A stretch of 64,000 bases of DNA from Camelus dromedarius. Lineage: Eukaryota. Position numbers and translations under genes: made by a program. The notes under the pieces were generated by a model. That model was not told the origin of the DNA. It searched no databases and worked only from the letters and a program-made list of their open reading frames with translations. Positions 23,103 to 35,150 of this stretch are shown piece after piece (the first letter of the stretch is position 1; each line of letters starts with the position of its first letter). The stretch is taken from assembly GCF_036321535.1 (NCBI RefSeq), contig NC_087461.1:19468001-19532000 (forward strand), written 5' to 3'.

Positions 23103-25442
23103 CCTGCAGCCAGCATAGTACTCAATGGTGAAAANNNNNNNNNNNNNNNNNNNNNNNNNNNNNNNNNNNNNNNNNNNNNNNNNNNNNNNNNNNNNNNNNN
23201 NNNNNNNNNNNNNNNNNNNNNNNNNNNNNNNNNNNNNNNNNNNNNNNNNNNNNNNNNNNNNNNNNNNNNNNNNNNNNNNNNNNNNNCACTATATGCTGAC
23301 GACATGTTACTATATATACAAAACCCTAAAAGGTCCACACAAAAACTACTAGAGCTGATCGAAGAATTCAGCAAGGTAGCAGATTACAAGATTAACGTTC
23401 AAAAATCAGTTGCATTTCTTTACACTAACGATGAATCAACAGAAAAAGAAAGTAAAGAAACAATCCCCTTTAAAATAGCTCCCAAAGTAATAAAATATCT
23501 GGGAATAAATCTAACCAAGGAGGTGAAAGAATTATACACAGAAAACTATAAACCATTGATGAAGGAANNNNNNNNNNNNNNNNNNNNNNNNNNNNNNNNN
23601 NNNNNNNNNNNNNNNNNNNNNNNNNNNNNNNNNNNNNNNNNNNNNNNNNNNNNNNNNNNNNNNNNNNNNNNNNNNNNNNNNNNNNNNNNNNNNNNNNNNN
23701 NTTTCACAGAACTAGAACAAATCATAATAAAATTTATATGGAACCATCAAGGACCTAGAATTGACAAAGCATTACTGAAGAGAAGGAAAGAGCCTGGAAG
23801 AATAACTCTCCCAGACTTCAGACAATACTATAGAGCTACCGTCATCAAGACAGCTTGGTATTGGTACAAAAACAGACATATAGACCAATGGAACAGAACA
23901 GAGAGCCCACAAATGAACCCACAAACTTTTGGTCAGCTAATCTTCGACAAAGAAGGCAAGAATATACAATGGAATAAAGACAGTCTCTTCAGCAAATGGT
24001 GTTGGGAAAACTGGACAGCAGCATGTAAATCAATGAAGCTAGAACACTCCCCTACACCATACACAAAAATCAACTCAAAATGGATCAAAGACTTAAACAT
24101 AAGACAAGATACAATAAACCTCCTAGAGGAAAATATAGGCAAAACATTATCTGATATACATCTCAAAAATTTTCTCCTAGAAGAAATAAAAGCAAGAATA
24201 AACAAATAGGACCTAATGAAACTTACAAGCTTCTGCACAGCAAAGGAAACCATAAGTAAAACAAAAAGAGAATCTATGGAATGGGAGAAAATTTTTGCAA
24301 ATGAAACTGACAAAGGCTTGATCTCCAGAATATATAAGCAGCTCATACGACTGAAGAAGAAACAACCAAACAACCCAATCCAAAGATGGGCAAAAGCCCT
24401 GAACAAGCAATNNNNNNNNNNNNNNNNNNNNNNNNNNNNNNNNNNNNNNNNNNNNNNNNNNNNNNNNNNNNNNNNNNNNNNNNNNNNNNNNNNNNNNNNN
24501 NNNNNNNNNNNNNNNNNNNNNNNNNNNNNNNNNNNNNNNNNNNNNNNCACAAATGACAAATGCTGGAGAGGCTGTGGAGAAAGGGGAACCCTCCTACACT
24601 GCTGATGGGAATGCAGTTTGGTACAGCCACTGTGGAAAACTATGGAGATTCCTCAAAAGACTAGGAACAGACTTACCATATGACCCAGGAATCCCGCTCC
24701 TGGGCTTATATCCAGAAGAAACCCTACTTCAAAANNNNNNNNNNNNNNNNNNNNNNNNNNNNNNNNNNNNNNNNNNNNNNNNNNNNNNNNNNNNNNNNNN
24801 NNNNNNNNNNNNNNNNNNNNNNNNNNNNNNNNNNNNNNNNNNNNNNNNNNNNNNNNNNNNNNNNNNNNNNNNNNNNNNNNNNNNNNNNCCATTTGCAGCA
24901 ACATGGATGCTCCTGGAGAATGTCATTCTAAGTGAAGTAAGCCAGAAAGAGAAAGAAAAATACCATATGACATTGCTCATATGTGGAATCTAAAAAACAA
25001 AAACAAAAAAAAGCATAAATACAAAACAGAAACAGACTCATAGACATAGAATACAAACTTGTGGTTGCCAAGGGGGTGGAGGGTGGGAAGGGATAGATGG
25101 GATTTTAAAAATGTAGAATAGATAAACACGATTTTACTGTAAAACACAAGGAAATATACACAAGATCTTATAGTAGTTCACAGAGAAAAAAATGTGACAA
25201 TGAATATATGTATATGTTCATTTATGACTGAAAAATTGTGCTCTACACTGGAATTTGACACAACATTGTAAAATGAGTATAACTCAATAGAAATGTTAAA
25301 AAAAGTTAAAAAATAAATATAACCATTGTATGAATATATATATGTTCATGTATAACTAAAAATTGTGCTCTACACTGGAATTCGACACAACATTGTAAAA
25401 TGAGTATAACTCAATAAAAAAAGTTAAATAAATAATTAAAAA
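23103..25442 (+). mobile_element. 5'-truncated LINE-1 (ORF2 RT/C-terminal part plus 3' UTR), inactive, sense to the + strand exons
   Basis: ORF2 peptides [48 protein letters not shown] and HCGK. In-frame TAG at 24207-24209 (INK*DL for INKWDL) and a later frameshift. A-rich tail. Degenerate 16-bp TSD aagaatgagaccttaa (23087-23102) / aagaataaggccttaa (25443-25458). Confidence 0.95.
23135..24888. other. Four N runs inside the L1 (23135-23286, 23568-23701, 24412-24547, 24735-24888); a fifth at 40598-40744
   Basis: Lengths 152, 134, 136, 154 and 147 nt, counted directly; all lie within L1 sequence. Confidence 0.95.
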
Positions 25443-27189
25443 AAGAATAAGGCCTTAAACATACAAGCAAATAGTATTAACAAAATATTTAAATGCAAAA
25501 ATCTTAATATGCTTGTTAACTTTTCATTTACTTTGGAAATAAAGCCTGGAAAATGGGTTTAAAATGTAGGTCTTCTTGACCAGTAAGAGTACTTGCAACT
25601 TTAAGAAGTGATGGTTAATCAGTCTCTTAATATTAAAATCTTAGTGCACCAAGGCACCTCTTGCCATTTAAAGGAATAGATTAAAGTCAAGTAAAAAGAA
25701 ATGCTAATAATATAAGTTACTCCCCAAATCTCTAGTTCGGATATCCAGCTTTCTGATCAGTTTGCATGATTTAGTTCACAGAAGTAACCCCATCCTCCTC
25801 TGTCACAGCTTGTCTTGAGTTGCCCTGAGAGCTGAATTGATCCCAGCAGGTCCTTGTTTGCTGTGTCTGTTCAAGGCGACCCCGCTGGAGGGTCTTAGAA
25901 ACCACTCCTGCACCCTGGCCCCCTTGAGCAGAGTTTGGTACCCCACCTTTTGGTGCCTACCCTGGGGCCTCCTGGACCCTCTTCCCAGGATTAAGGCTCC
26001 CGCTGTCCCTTGAGCTCACAGGTGCACGGCAGGAACCCCGAGGACCTTGTGGTTGCTAGGAGCCCTGCATCTGAAATGCGCCCACTTTCCTTGTCTTTCC
26101 TCTGCTCCTTCCTCAGCCTGTGAACGTGGACAAGACCACTTCCCTGGCTCTGCTGCCCAGCCGGCCCTTGGCTCTGATGCTGCCTGTGTTTCTCTCGTGT
26201 TGCCCTTTCTGACTCCTCCGTCCTCTGCATGACGCACTTCCCCTGGAGGCTGCTTGTGGCTTTGCCTTCTTTCTCCAGAGCCTCTTGTGGCCTCAGGAGG
26301 TTTCCAGCAGCACCTGCAGGGTGTCAGCTGGAGCCGCACTCCAGCCTGTCCCCCAGCCCCTGGGAAGGACGCCTGCTCAGATGGCCTCCACTCGGCTCCC
26401 TGAGCGGTGCAGTGGCGCTGCCCAGCAACGCAGGCCTGGACACATGGTGTGCTGCCTCCGGGAACTGCAAGCAGTGAGAGTCAGGCTGGGGTCACTGTCA
26501 TACTTCAGGCTAGGTGAGGCGAAGGCCGCCGTGCCTGCCCCAGATACTCTGGAGTGTAAGCGGTCGCCTAGGAAATAGTAGCCACCCCCCCCAGACACAG
26601 AGACCCAAAAGTGGCTCAGGCAGGTTCACGGACTACATCCCGTCAGTGGGAGGGAACAAGGGGACAGAGCTACTCTGACTGCGTCTCTCCTGGGGGTCTG
26701 CCGTCAGCGGGGCAGACCTCAGATTGCCGGTAGGGTGATGCAGGCACACCCGGCTTGTTGTCAGCAGGTGTGACCTGTGGGACCTGTGTCCCCATTCCCA
26801 GACCCTGTGTTCACGGTCCTATGCTCCAGCTGGGCACTGCTCATTAGGGGAAACGTGGTCATTGGGAACGACTCATACTCTGAAAAGTGCTTCATCCTGC
26901 AGATCAGCAGAGTGAGTTGTGGAGCTCAAGGCTGTGAGAACATCTGCTTCAGGTCAGCACTGATATCGTGTGGCCCACAGTGGCCTCTATCTCTTGAGGC
27001 TTTCCTGATGTGGAGGCAGCCACAGCCTGACCACCTGGAAGGGTCAGATCAGAGCCAGACATCCGTGTTCACTCCCACCCTCTCTGACCTGCTATGTGCA
27101 CTTAAAACAAATGTCCAACTGGAACCGAAGGTCAGGAGCATCATGTCCATCGTCATTATGATGTGGTTTCCACTTAACCTTCCAGTTTA

Positions 27190-27320
27190 GGACTGTCCAA
27201 CAGAAATAAAACACAAGCCACACCCATAATGTAATGTTTTCTAAAAGCAATATTTTAAAAAGGTAAAAAGAAATAGGTGATATTCATTCTAAAATGTTAT
27301 ACTTAAGTCAGTAAGCTCAA
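27190..27320 (+). mobile_element. hAT-Charlie DNA transposon fragment (MER33-like)
   Basis: ctgtccaacagaaataaaacacaagccaca...aaaaaggtaaaaagaaataggtgatatt resembles recalled MER33. Confidence 0.55.
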
Positions 27321-29507
27321 ACACTGTCCCTCCAGCATGTGGCCCCAAAATGCTTCCAGGCTTCCACCACCCTGGAGAGCTCCTTCCATCAATTGTGAAT
27401 TCCCCAGCTTGGTCATGGCTCACCTAAAACGGGGACCCATTTGGTTCTTGCCTGTTGCAAACGGTACCACTCATTGGTCTCCTCCCTGGCAATGCAGTTG
27501 GTGGGGGTAAGAGTTGTGTGAGATTTGCAGTAGGGGTGGGGACGTGATTCATGGCAAATCATGGAAGACTTGCATCCTTGGAACTTAGTTCATACAAAAG
27601 AGCATCTGTTATTTTTTTAAAGAGAAACACCAGCCAACTCTAAACCTTTTTTTCTTCTTTGGGATTTTAAAATGTAAATTTTATTTGGCTTTTTCTTCAT
27701 TCTTCATTATATGTTCAGTTGTCATTATTTAATTTAATGTAAAACTTGTAAATGGTGCTAAATTGGCAGTCGTTGACGCTGAAAGCTGTTGTCTTCAGAA
27801 CAGGGGTCAACGTGGTAGATGACCCTGCACTGCCATCCTGTCATGGCACCAACCAAGACCTCTTTTGGGAAGACTCAGCCCTAATTTCCTGTGAGGTACT
27901 TTTTCATAGAACCTCCTTCTTAGGCAGTGGGCTTCCCCGTGGAACATCCAACTTTTCCCAGGAATGTTGAGGATGCCAGGCAACCAGTGGCCTAAGGATA
28001 AATCCCACTACTTCATGGACCCCTGTGACATTCATGTTTGTCGTGACAGCGAGTGGAAAATATAAAGTGTGTAGCTGAAAACCAGCGGCATTTCTCCCAA
28101 GGTGAAAGGTGCCATGTTCCAGCATTTGGGCTAGATTTCTAGACACCGGTCTTGGAGATCTCTCTGTATTGACCCAGCTTTGCCACATTCTCCTCTCTGG
28201 TTCTTCCACTTTATGTATCTCTTGCTATTATTTTTAAACCTTCCTCAGAAGGAAAATAGTTAAGGGATGAGAAGGTTCAGTTCAGAGACGTGTAAGCTCA
28301 GCCTGTCCACCACATGAGGGACCGGTCCTGGCATAGCAGGACAGGGATGGAGCCAGACGGGCAGCTGCCTGGGCAGCCTCTCTCAGCTAGGCCCCTGTGA
28401 GTTGATTCCCAGGGTGGTTGCGGCCACCCGGGACCCTGAGAGTAACACCAGGCACTGGCAGTTCTGTCCTGATGCCTTGTAACCAGTTCTCCCTCCCTCT
28501 GGGTCCCTCCTGCCTGGGCATGTGTTCCATTTGGGTGGGAGTTCTGTATCTTCCCACACGTCATCACCAGGTCCCCAGTGTTCCTTAATGGCTCTGAAGG
28601 TTCTGGTCTCTTCTGTCCACATGTTCTCCTCCCGCATGACCAGCTGCTCCTATGGACTCCTTTCTGCACATGTGACAGTGTTTTCCACGGCTCCCCACTG
28701 GCTCACTCACGCTCCTTGGAAGCTCCCCACCTAATAAAAGTGTCTGGCCTGGGCTTCCACGGTCACTGTTCACCTGTGGGGCTTGCTGACCTGACGCTCC
28801 TGGCCAGTTCGCCTGCTGCTTAAGGAAAGGTCATTCACCCTGTCCATCCCTGTGAAGTAGGATGTGATTATAAAGAGCAGTTTTTAAATAGCTTGGACAG
28901 TGCTCTCTTCTTCCCTGGGAATGTGTGCAAATGAAAGCCTCGTCCTTAGGAAAAACTTTCTTTGGCTACTTATGTGTTTATAACTTGCAGCTTATTCATG
29001 CTTTTCTTTTTGGTATAAAGAATAAATGTATGTATTTTGGTATCTCTTAGTACCTATTTTGCTACTGATTTTCCCTATTAGTGCTTTTCAAAGGTGCTTT
29101 TCAATCTAAGTGTGCTTTACATTTGCTTCTGCATGTTTGGAAAGTCTACGTTAGATAAACTTGACTATTCATTTTTTTCTTTTGTAGTTTGTTTTTTGTT
29201 TTGTTTTGTTTTGCCTGTTGCTTGTTTGGAGGCTTGTCTTTTTTCTGACCTCCCTGACTTTTGATGTGGTCCTTCTTAAAAATATTTTTAATGAGTCTTA
29301 TTTTTCATAGTATGAGTCCTACAGATTTACTACTAATTTGTATTGCCCATGACAGGTACACTGAAGTCCCAGAATTACTAGGTTGATTTTTTTTTGGTAA
29401 TTTTAGCTATTTTTGAGGTCAAATAATTATTTCTTTAAATATCTTGTTAATACAAGTATTTCTAGATGCCTCTTCAGTGTTGCGCTTCTTAGCTGGTGGG
29501 AAGAAAA

Positions 29508-29672
29508 GGAGAGTGAATACTAATGATATGGGGGTCTTTTGAGGGGGTGACAAAACCTTCTAAAGCTGACTGTGGTGGTGGTCACAACTCTGTACAGACA
29601 CTAGCAGCCATTTAACTGTATATTTTAAACAAGTGGGTTGTATGATATATGAACTATATCTTAACAAAGCTG
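29508..29672 (+). mobile_element. Old L1 (L1MB/MC-like) 3' end
   Basis: gggggtgacaaaaccttctaaagctgactgtggtggtggtcacaactctgt...tatatgaactatatcttaacaaagctg. Confidence 0.7.
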
Positions 29673-29715
29673 GTCTGTTTCTAAAGTCCTCCCTACTTGC
29701 TCTTGTGCTACTCAG

Positions 29716-29839
29716 GGAACGATAGCAAACTCGCTGACTTGTGTCCAGATGCACAAATGGGCTGAGAAGATAGCCATGATGCTGATGCAGAGGGGGCACC
29801 TGCAGGACGGGGACCACGTTGCTCTGGTCTACCAGTCCC
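29716..29839 (+). pseudogene. DIP2C: DIP2C exon 25 (124 nt)
   Basis: tactcag|GGAACG...CAGTCCC|gtaaga; GTIANSLTCVQMHKWAEKIAMMLMQRGHLQDGDHVALVYQS. Confidence 0.93.
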
Positions 29840-30326
29840 GTAAGAAGCAGGCACCTACTGGTGCTGGGTGCCGCTGCCGTGTTAGCACCAGAAGTGGGCG
29901 CTGGCTCCTGCCTGGCTCCCTGTGTCTGCTCACTGCCAGTTGGGACTGTGCTGCTTGCTGTATGACTGGTAATGGGGGCACAAATAAAGCAGTGATTTTA
30001 CACAGATTTTTCTATCTAAATTTGTTCTACTCGATATTTGAGGGAGTTCATTTAATCTGTAGTTCAGAGTTGAGTAATCCTTAGAGAAACGACAGCAAGT
30101 AGCTTCTTGGCTGCTTTGGTATCTTGTGCCTAAAAAGAAAGGACTGAGCGGAAGTTGTCCCCACAGTTTAACAGACCCGTGAGGGTGAGGAAAGAGTCTG
30201 TTAAAGGTCACCATTACCTGTGAGCTGTCTGGCTTTTTCCAGGATGGTAGTTCTGCTGACGGGCATGACAGCCATTAAACAGCTTGATTTGTTTCAAGTG
30301 AGAACTTTTGCTTTCCCCCCGTGTAG

Positions 30327-30448
30327 GAATAGACCTCATCGCAGCGTTTTATGGCTGCCTGTACGCAGGGTGTGTGCCAATAACTGTCCGTCCTCCACAC
30401 CCGCAGAACATCGCAACCACGCTGCCTACGGTGAAGATGATCGTGGAG
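30327..30448 (+). pseudogene. DIP2C: DIP2C exon 26 (122 nt)
   Basis: gtgtag|GAATA...GTGGAG|gtaacg; IDLIAAFYGCLYAGCVPITVRPPHPQNIATTLPTVKMIVE. Confidence 0.95.
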
Positions 30449-31267
30449 GTAACGTGGCCTGCATGTGGGCCTGCAGATCACAGCCTGGGCTCTCACGGCA
30501 GGGCCAGGTGCGGGTGTGGGGTCGTATGAGAGCCTGCAGTCACAGCTCCTTCCCTCAAGGAGCTCACCATCTAGTTCTGTGAGCAAGGCTGAGACTTGTG
30601 CCTGGAAGTGAGGACTAGCGGGCAGCTTTGCCACGATGCTGCCTAATCGAGGCAGCTCCCCAGACAGGGCATCCCTGTGGGTGCTGGGAGCTTCCCCACC
30701 AGACCCAAGGAACAAACCTAACCAAACCAGGTGGAGAAGTCATACGTTTTAGAAAGTTCTTTGCTCAAGATTTAGAAGTGTCCTGTGCCTTTTTGAAAGT
30801 ACAGATTTGTTTTAATTTTTTTGGCCTGGGGAAGTTTAAGAGTGTTAGATGTTTTTCCCCTTGAAGGAGGAACCACGAGGGACATCACAAGCGGATTCTT
30901 CTTTGTAGTTGTGTGGGAGGAACTTCGTGGCCATTACTCCCCATAAAAAGTGTTGAGGGTGTACGTGGAAATGTGTCACTTCTGGTGGGACAGAGCTGGC
31001 GGTGAGAGCAGTGAGTGTGGGTGCTGCTTTCTGAGTGTGGACACTGCTCAGGTCTGGGAACCGCAGGGGCTCGGCCCTCACCAGCCCTGGTCGTGTGCTT
31101 GGTGGTCCAGCTCCTGGCCACGTGCACCTCTGGTGGCCGACACCAGCCCCTGTGCAGCAGCTGTGTGCCAGGCTGAGCCCCCTCCAAGCTGCCCGGCCTC
31201 CAACTGGAGCTCACACCCACCCCGCCCTTTACCCCCACCTCTCTGCTCTTTGCTCTCTGACCCTCAG

Positions 31268-31379
31268 GTGAGCCGCTCTGCCTGTTTGATGACAACACAA
31301 CTGATCTGTAAATTGTTGCAGTCCAGGGAGGCAGCTGCAGCCACAGATGTCAGGGCATGGCCCCATATACTGGACACAG
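31268..31379 (+). pseudogene. DIP2C: DIP2C exon 27 (112 nt), donor disrupted
   Basis: ccctcag|GTGAGC...GACACAG|tttggt; VSRSACLMTTQLICKLLQSREAAAATDVRAWPHILDT; TT instead of GT at 31380-31381. Confidence 0.92.
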
Positions 31380-31467
31380 TTTGGTCCTCAAACTAGCCCA
31401 TTTGTTTGTTTGCTTAAATGATTTTCTGTTAAGTCAGAAATGCTAACAGCTTTGTTTTACTCTCCAG

Positions 31468-31577
31468 ATGATTTGCCAAAGAAGTGGCCCACCCAGATCT
31501 ACAAACCTTCCAACCCAGACATGCTAGCCTATCTTGATTTTAGTGTGTCCACAACTGGGATGCTAGCTGGAGTGAAG
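31468..31577 (+). pseudogene. DIP2C: DIP2C exon 28 (110 nt)
   Basis: tctccag|ATGAT...GTGAAG|gtgaga; DDLPKKWPTQIYKPSNPDMLAYLDFSVSTTGMLAGVK. Confidence 0.95.
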
Positions 31578-32164
31578 GTGAGAAATGAAGTCTGCATCAC
31601 GTGTAGTTAGCAGACCACACGGTGATGGTCAGTTTTCATTCTTACACACATGGGGCTCTGGTGGGGCCTGGCAGTGAGATACGCAGAGAGGCACACTTGT
31701 GTGTTTTGTTCAAGCCATAAAATGCATGACTGTTTCAGTAGTTAGCGAGGCTGACTGGTTCCTTCTAAATGCTCCGACTGCTTTGTATGTGAACACAGCC
31801 TCACTAGCCCCTGATAAAAAAACTGCTTATGTTTTTCTTTCTTGCTATTCTCAAATCCCGCTATTCTGTCTATTATGAAACTCTGTACGCTTGAAGTTCT
31901 GGCCTTTTTAACATGGGTCTCATGGTAACTTGCCAGGATGCTGCTCGTTGCAGCCACAGTGATCCTTCTTCCTGCTGAAGATGGAGCCCACTGTGTGTGC
32001 CACCAGAACTAGGGCCCTGACAACTCAGGTGATGTCCTTGTCAAGGGACCATTAACAAGTTCTCTGCCCTCAGGAAGCCCTTCCCCTATTACCCACCTCC
32101 GAGTTCTGACTGCTGAGTTTGCATAATTTTCCTCATTTAGTTCTCTTACTTCATTGACTTTTCC

Positions 32165-33080
32165 CCAATTTTTAAATTGCTGCAAAATACCCATAACATA
32201 AATTTACCACTTAACCCACTTAAGTGAACTGTTCAGTGGTACTAAATACGTTCAGAATTCTGCACTGCTGTCACCACCACTCATTCCCACAAGTCATTTC
32301 ATCTTATGAAGCTGAATCTCTTTCCCACTAAACACTGACTCTCCCTCAGTGACATCCGCTCTGTTTTTTGTCTCTGTTTTTGATTGTTCTGGGCACCATA
32401 CATATGTGGACTCGTACATGTCTTCTCACATCTGGTTTACTTCACTGAGTGTGGTATCTTCAAGGTTCATCCACATTGAAGTATATATCAGAATTCCTTT
32501 TTAAGGCTTGAGTTCCTATTTCATGGTACATATTGACCACATTTTGCTTATCCGCTCATCCATCAATGGACGTTTGAGTTGCTTTCACATTTTAGCTGTT
32601 GTGAGTGATGCTGCTGTGAACATGGGTGCACAGACGTCTCTTCGAGACCTTGCCAACAGTTCGTTTACATAGATTCCCAGAAATGGAGTTGTTGGGTCAT
32701 ATGGTAATTATATTTTTAATTTGGTGGGGGGGAATTGCCATACTGTTTCTCACTGTAGCTGTCCCATTTTACTGCCTCACCAACAGTGCACAGTTGCAAT
32801 TTCTCCACATCCTTGTCAACACTTTTATTTTTGATTGTTTTTTTTAGTAGTAGTCATCTTAATGGATGTGAAATAGCATCACATTGTGGTTTTGATTTGC
32901 ATTTCACTGAAGATTGGTGATGCTGAGCATCCTTTCATGTGATTACTTGCCATTTGTATCTTTTCTTTGAGAAATTTCTATTCAAGTCCTTTGCCATTTT
33001 GAATGCATTGTTTTCTTGTTGAGTTTTAGAAATTCCCCATGTATTATGGGCATTACTCCCTTGTCAGATAATCGATTTAC
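32165..33080 (-). mobile_element. L1 (L1MB-like) 3' region, antisense
   Basis: tcttcaaggttcatccacattgaag, catcaatggacgtttgagttgctttcac, gctgctgtgaacatgggtgcac, gtggttttgatttgcatttc. Confidence 0.88.
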
Positions 33081-35019
33081 AAGCATGCCTGCAGGATGTC
33101 CTAGTGCTTCCCCAAGTCTGCTTCTGGAGCACGCTCCTGCTCACGGCAGCTAGTGTGAGCTGATGTGTGCCCCAGGCGTGGGCACTCCATGCCAGCCAAA
33201 GCAGGACTGTGCTGGCAGGGAAACCTGTTGAAAGCATCACAGACACATCCTTAAAATAAATACCCTGGCCTCAGCCCTGACTCCTCCACCTGCTCTCAGG
33301 GATGTATCTGCTCTCAGTGTCTCCTTCAGAGCACAGTGTTAGAGTTTGTTGTTTTGGGCTTTTGGAAAACTAATTCTTTATCCAAGTACAAGGCTGTAGG
33401 GGTTTCTCTTACTAAAAGATTCTGGAAAGGCATTCCAGCTTGGGCTCTGAGTTTGTGGTAGGTCCAAGACTGGAATGAGCTCAGTGATCCACATTCACCT
33501 TTCCTAGTTGCTTTTTTCTTAACCTGTTAGCTTTCTGGTCACTACATTGAAATCCTTGCCCCTGAGAGCCCAGACACCTCTGAGCCCCACCCCTGGGGGG
33601 TGAAGATGGCCCTCTGTTGTCTCTGTCCTGGTGCTCGCTGGCCCTGCCATTGTCAGGTCTCCCAACTTCCCACTAGATGGCAAGCTCCTGAGGGCAGAGG
33701 CCATGTTCTCCTTTCCACATCCCAGTCACTGACCCGGTGCCCGACGCACACAAGTGCTCTGGAAGCATGTTAGTGCCTGCTGAGCTGAGCTGGAGCTCAT
33801 TTCTCAAGCTGTGAGTGGCACCTGCACCGAGCAGGGTTCACTGAAAGTCTGTTTCAGATGCTGATCTGAGAACGTGGGTCGTTTTGGCAGTTGGGATCTT
33901 ACTGACTCCTCCTGATGCTGCAGGCAGGAGGTTGGAGGAATGTTTGATAAACCTAGCCTCATTTCTTCTTTAAACAAGTGTTGTGGCTTTGAAAGCAAAC
34001 TAAAAAGAACTGCTCACGTGTTAGATTGTAGAGTAATTTTACATTTCCTTGTATGAACTCAGTAAAATATCTATGATGAAGCCGTCTTCTGGGCAAGGCT
34101 TCGCACAGCGACCCGACAGGCGAGGATGCAAGTCTCCCCGCAGCTCTGGGTCTCTCTTCTCTTTCCCTGCAGTGGCTGGTGAGCGCTCTCCCATGCCTGT
34201 GGCTGGACTTCCCGGGACTCTGTGCTGCTCCACCCTGGTCCCTTCCGCAGCCCAGCCCTGGGGGGCGCGCATGCCGCACTGGCCGGGAGCATGTTCAGGA
34301 CCGTGAACTTGTACTGCCTTTACTCTCCTCCTCTCCCCGGATCCTACTGACTAGAAAGCCTCTGTGAGAAAGTTGGTTTCATTGGCTCCATTTTACAGTA
34401 CTTTAACAGAATTCCCATCACATACTCACTGTAGTAGGACTGGTTCTTGGGATTGGAGACGCTCTTTCCTGTGGCTTCATGGAGAGGGAGTGAGGTTGGG
34501 TCTTGCTGCCATCAGATGGCCAGCACATCTCAGTGCACAGGCGTGTGTGGTCTGCAGCAGACCTTTACCTTTTGAGCCTTGTTTCCTGATCCTTGAGACG
34601 GGAGTTGGACATGCAGTGTGCTCTGCTGGCGCCCCTTTGGCACAGCGGGTGCAGTGCTGGTGGGCTGCGGAGAGGGATGCAAATGCTCGTGCACCCCCAA
34701 CTTCATGGGGTGCAGGGGGCATTGCAGCAGGACCTGCCACTCAAGTGCAAGACATCCTCACTTCGCTTCCTAGAATTTCTAGGTGCCAGGGGACCCGGAA
34801 GGTTTGCTTGTGGTTTGCTGGTTGAAAGTGAGAAGACTAATGAGAACGTCAGCAGCCCACTCTCTGCTAACAGAGCCAAAGCTTGGCCACAGCTGCCCTC
34901 TGTTCTGGAGTCACCTGTGGGCATTGGACGCCAGGTCCTGTGCACTTGATGTGGCCCGTTCTGTTCCAGGTGTCCCTGGGTGGGTGTCTGTGCACTAATG
35001 CGGCCTTGCTGTCTTGCAG

Positions 35020-35150
35020 ATGTCACACGCAGCCACCTGTGCCTTCTGCCATTCCATTAAGCTGCAGTGTGAGCTCTACCCCTCTAGGGAAGTGGCCATC
35101 TGCTTGGACCCTTACTGTGGACTCGGGCTTGTGCTCTGCTGCCTCTGCAG
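35020..35150 (+). pseudogene. DIP2C: DIP2C exon 29 (131 nt), donor GT mutated to AT
   Basis: cttgcag|ATGTCA...TGCAG|atgagt; MSHAATCAFCHSIKLQCELYPSREVAICLDPYCGLGLVLCCLC. Confidence 0.94.

Larger units (their letters stand above)
2944..35150 (+). pseudogene. DIP2C: Unprocessed (intron-containing) DIP2C pseudogene segment, exons 10-14 and 18-29; encodes the FAAL/acyl-CoA-synthetase-like adenylation domains
   Basis: 17 exons in DIP2C order with matching lengths and phases. DIP2C-diagnostic peptides include HDERIVIVAEQ, STEEDSFQWMSRVLQ, RGHLQDGDHVALVY and VSRSACLMTTQLICKLL. Multiple disablements are listed under the individual exons. Confidence 0.92.

Noticed and set aside
23304-24993. L1 ORF2 as an active reverse transcriptase gene
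   Set aside because: It is 5'-truncated within RT, lacks ORF1 and the endonuclease, and has an in-frame stop and a frameshift.
2944-35150. No nonsense codon in the ancestral frame of any exon, as a hint of residual selection
   Set aside because: With roughly 75 missense changes only a few stops are expected, so zero is not clearly significant, and the indel, LTR and splice lesions already destroy the frame.
2944-35150. Assignment to DIP2A or DIP2B, or a processed pseudogene
   Set aside because: Paralogue-specific residues match DIP2C, and introns are present at DIP2C positions.
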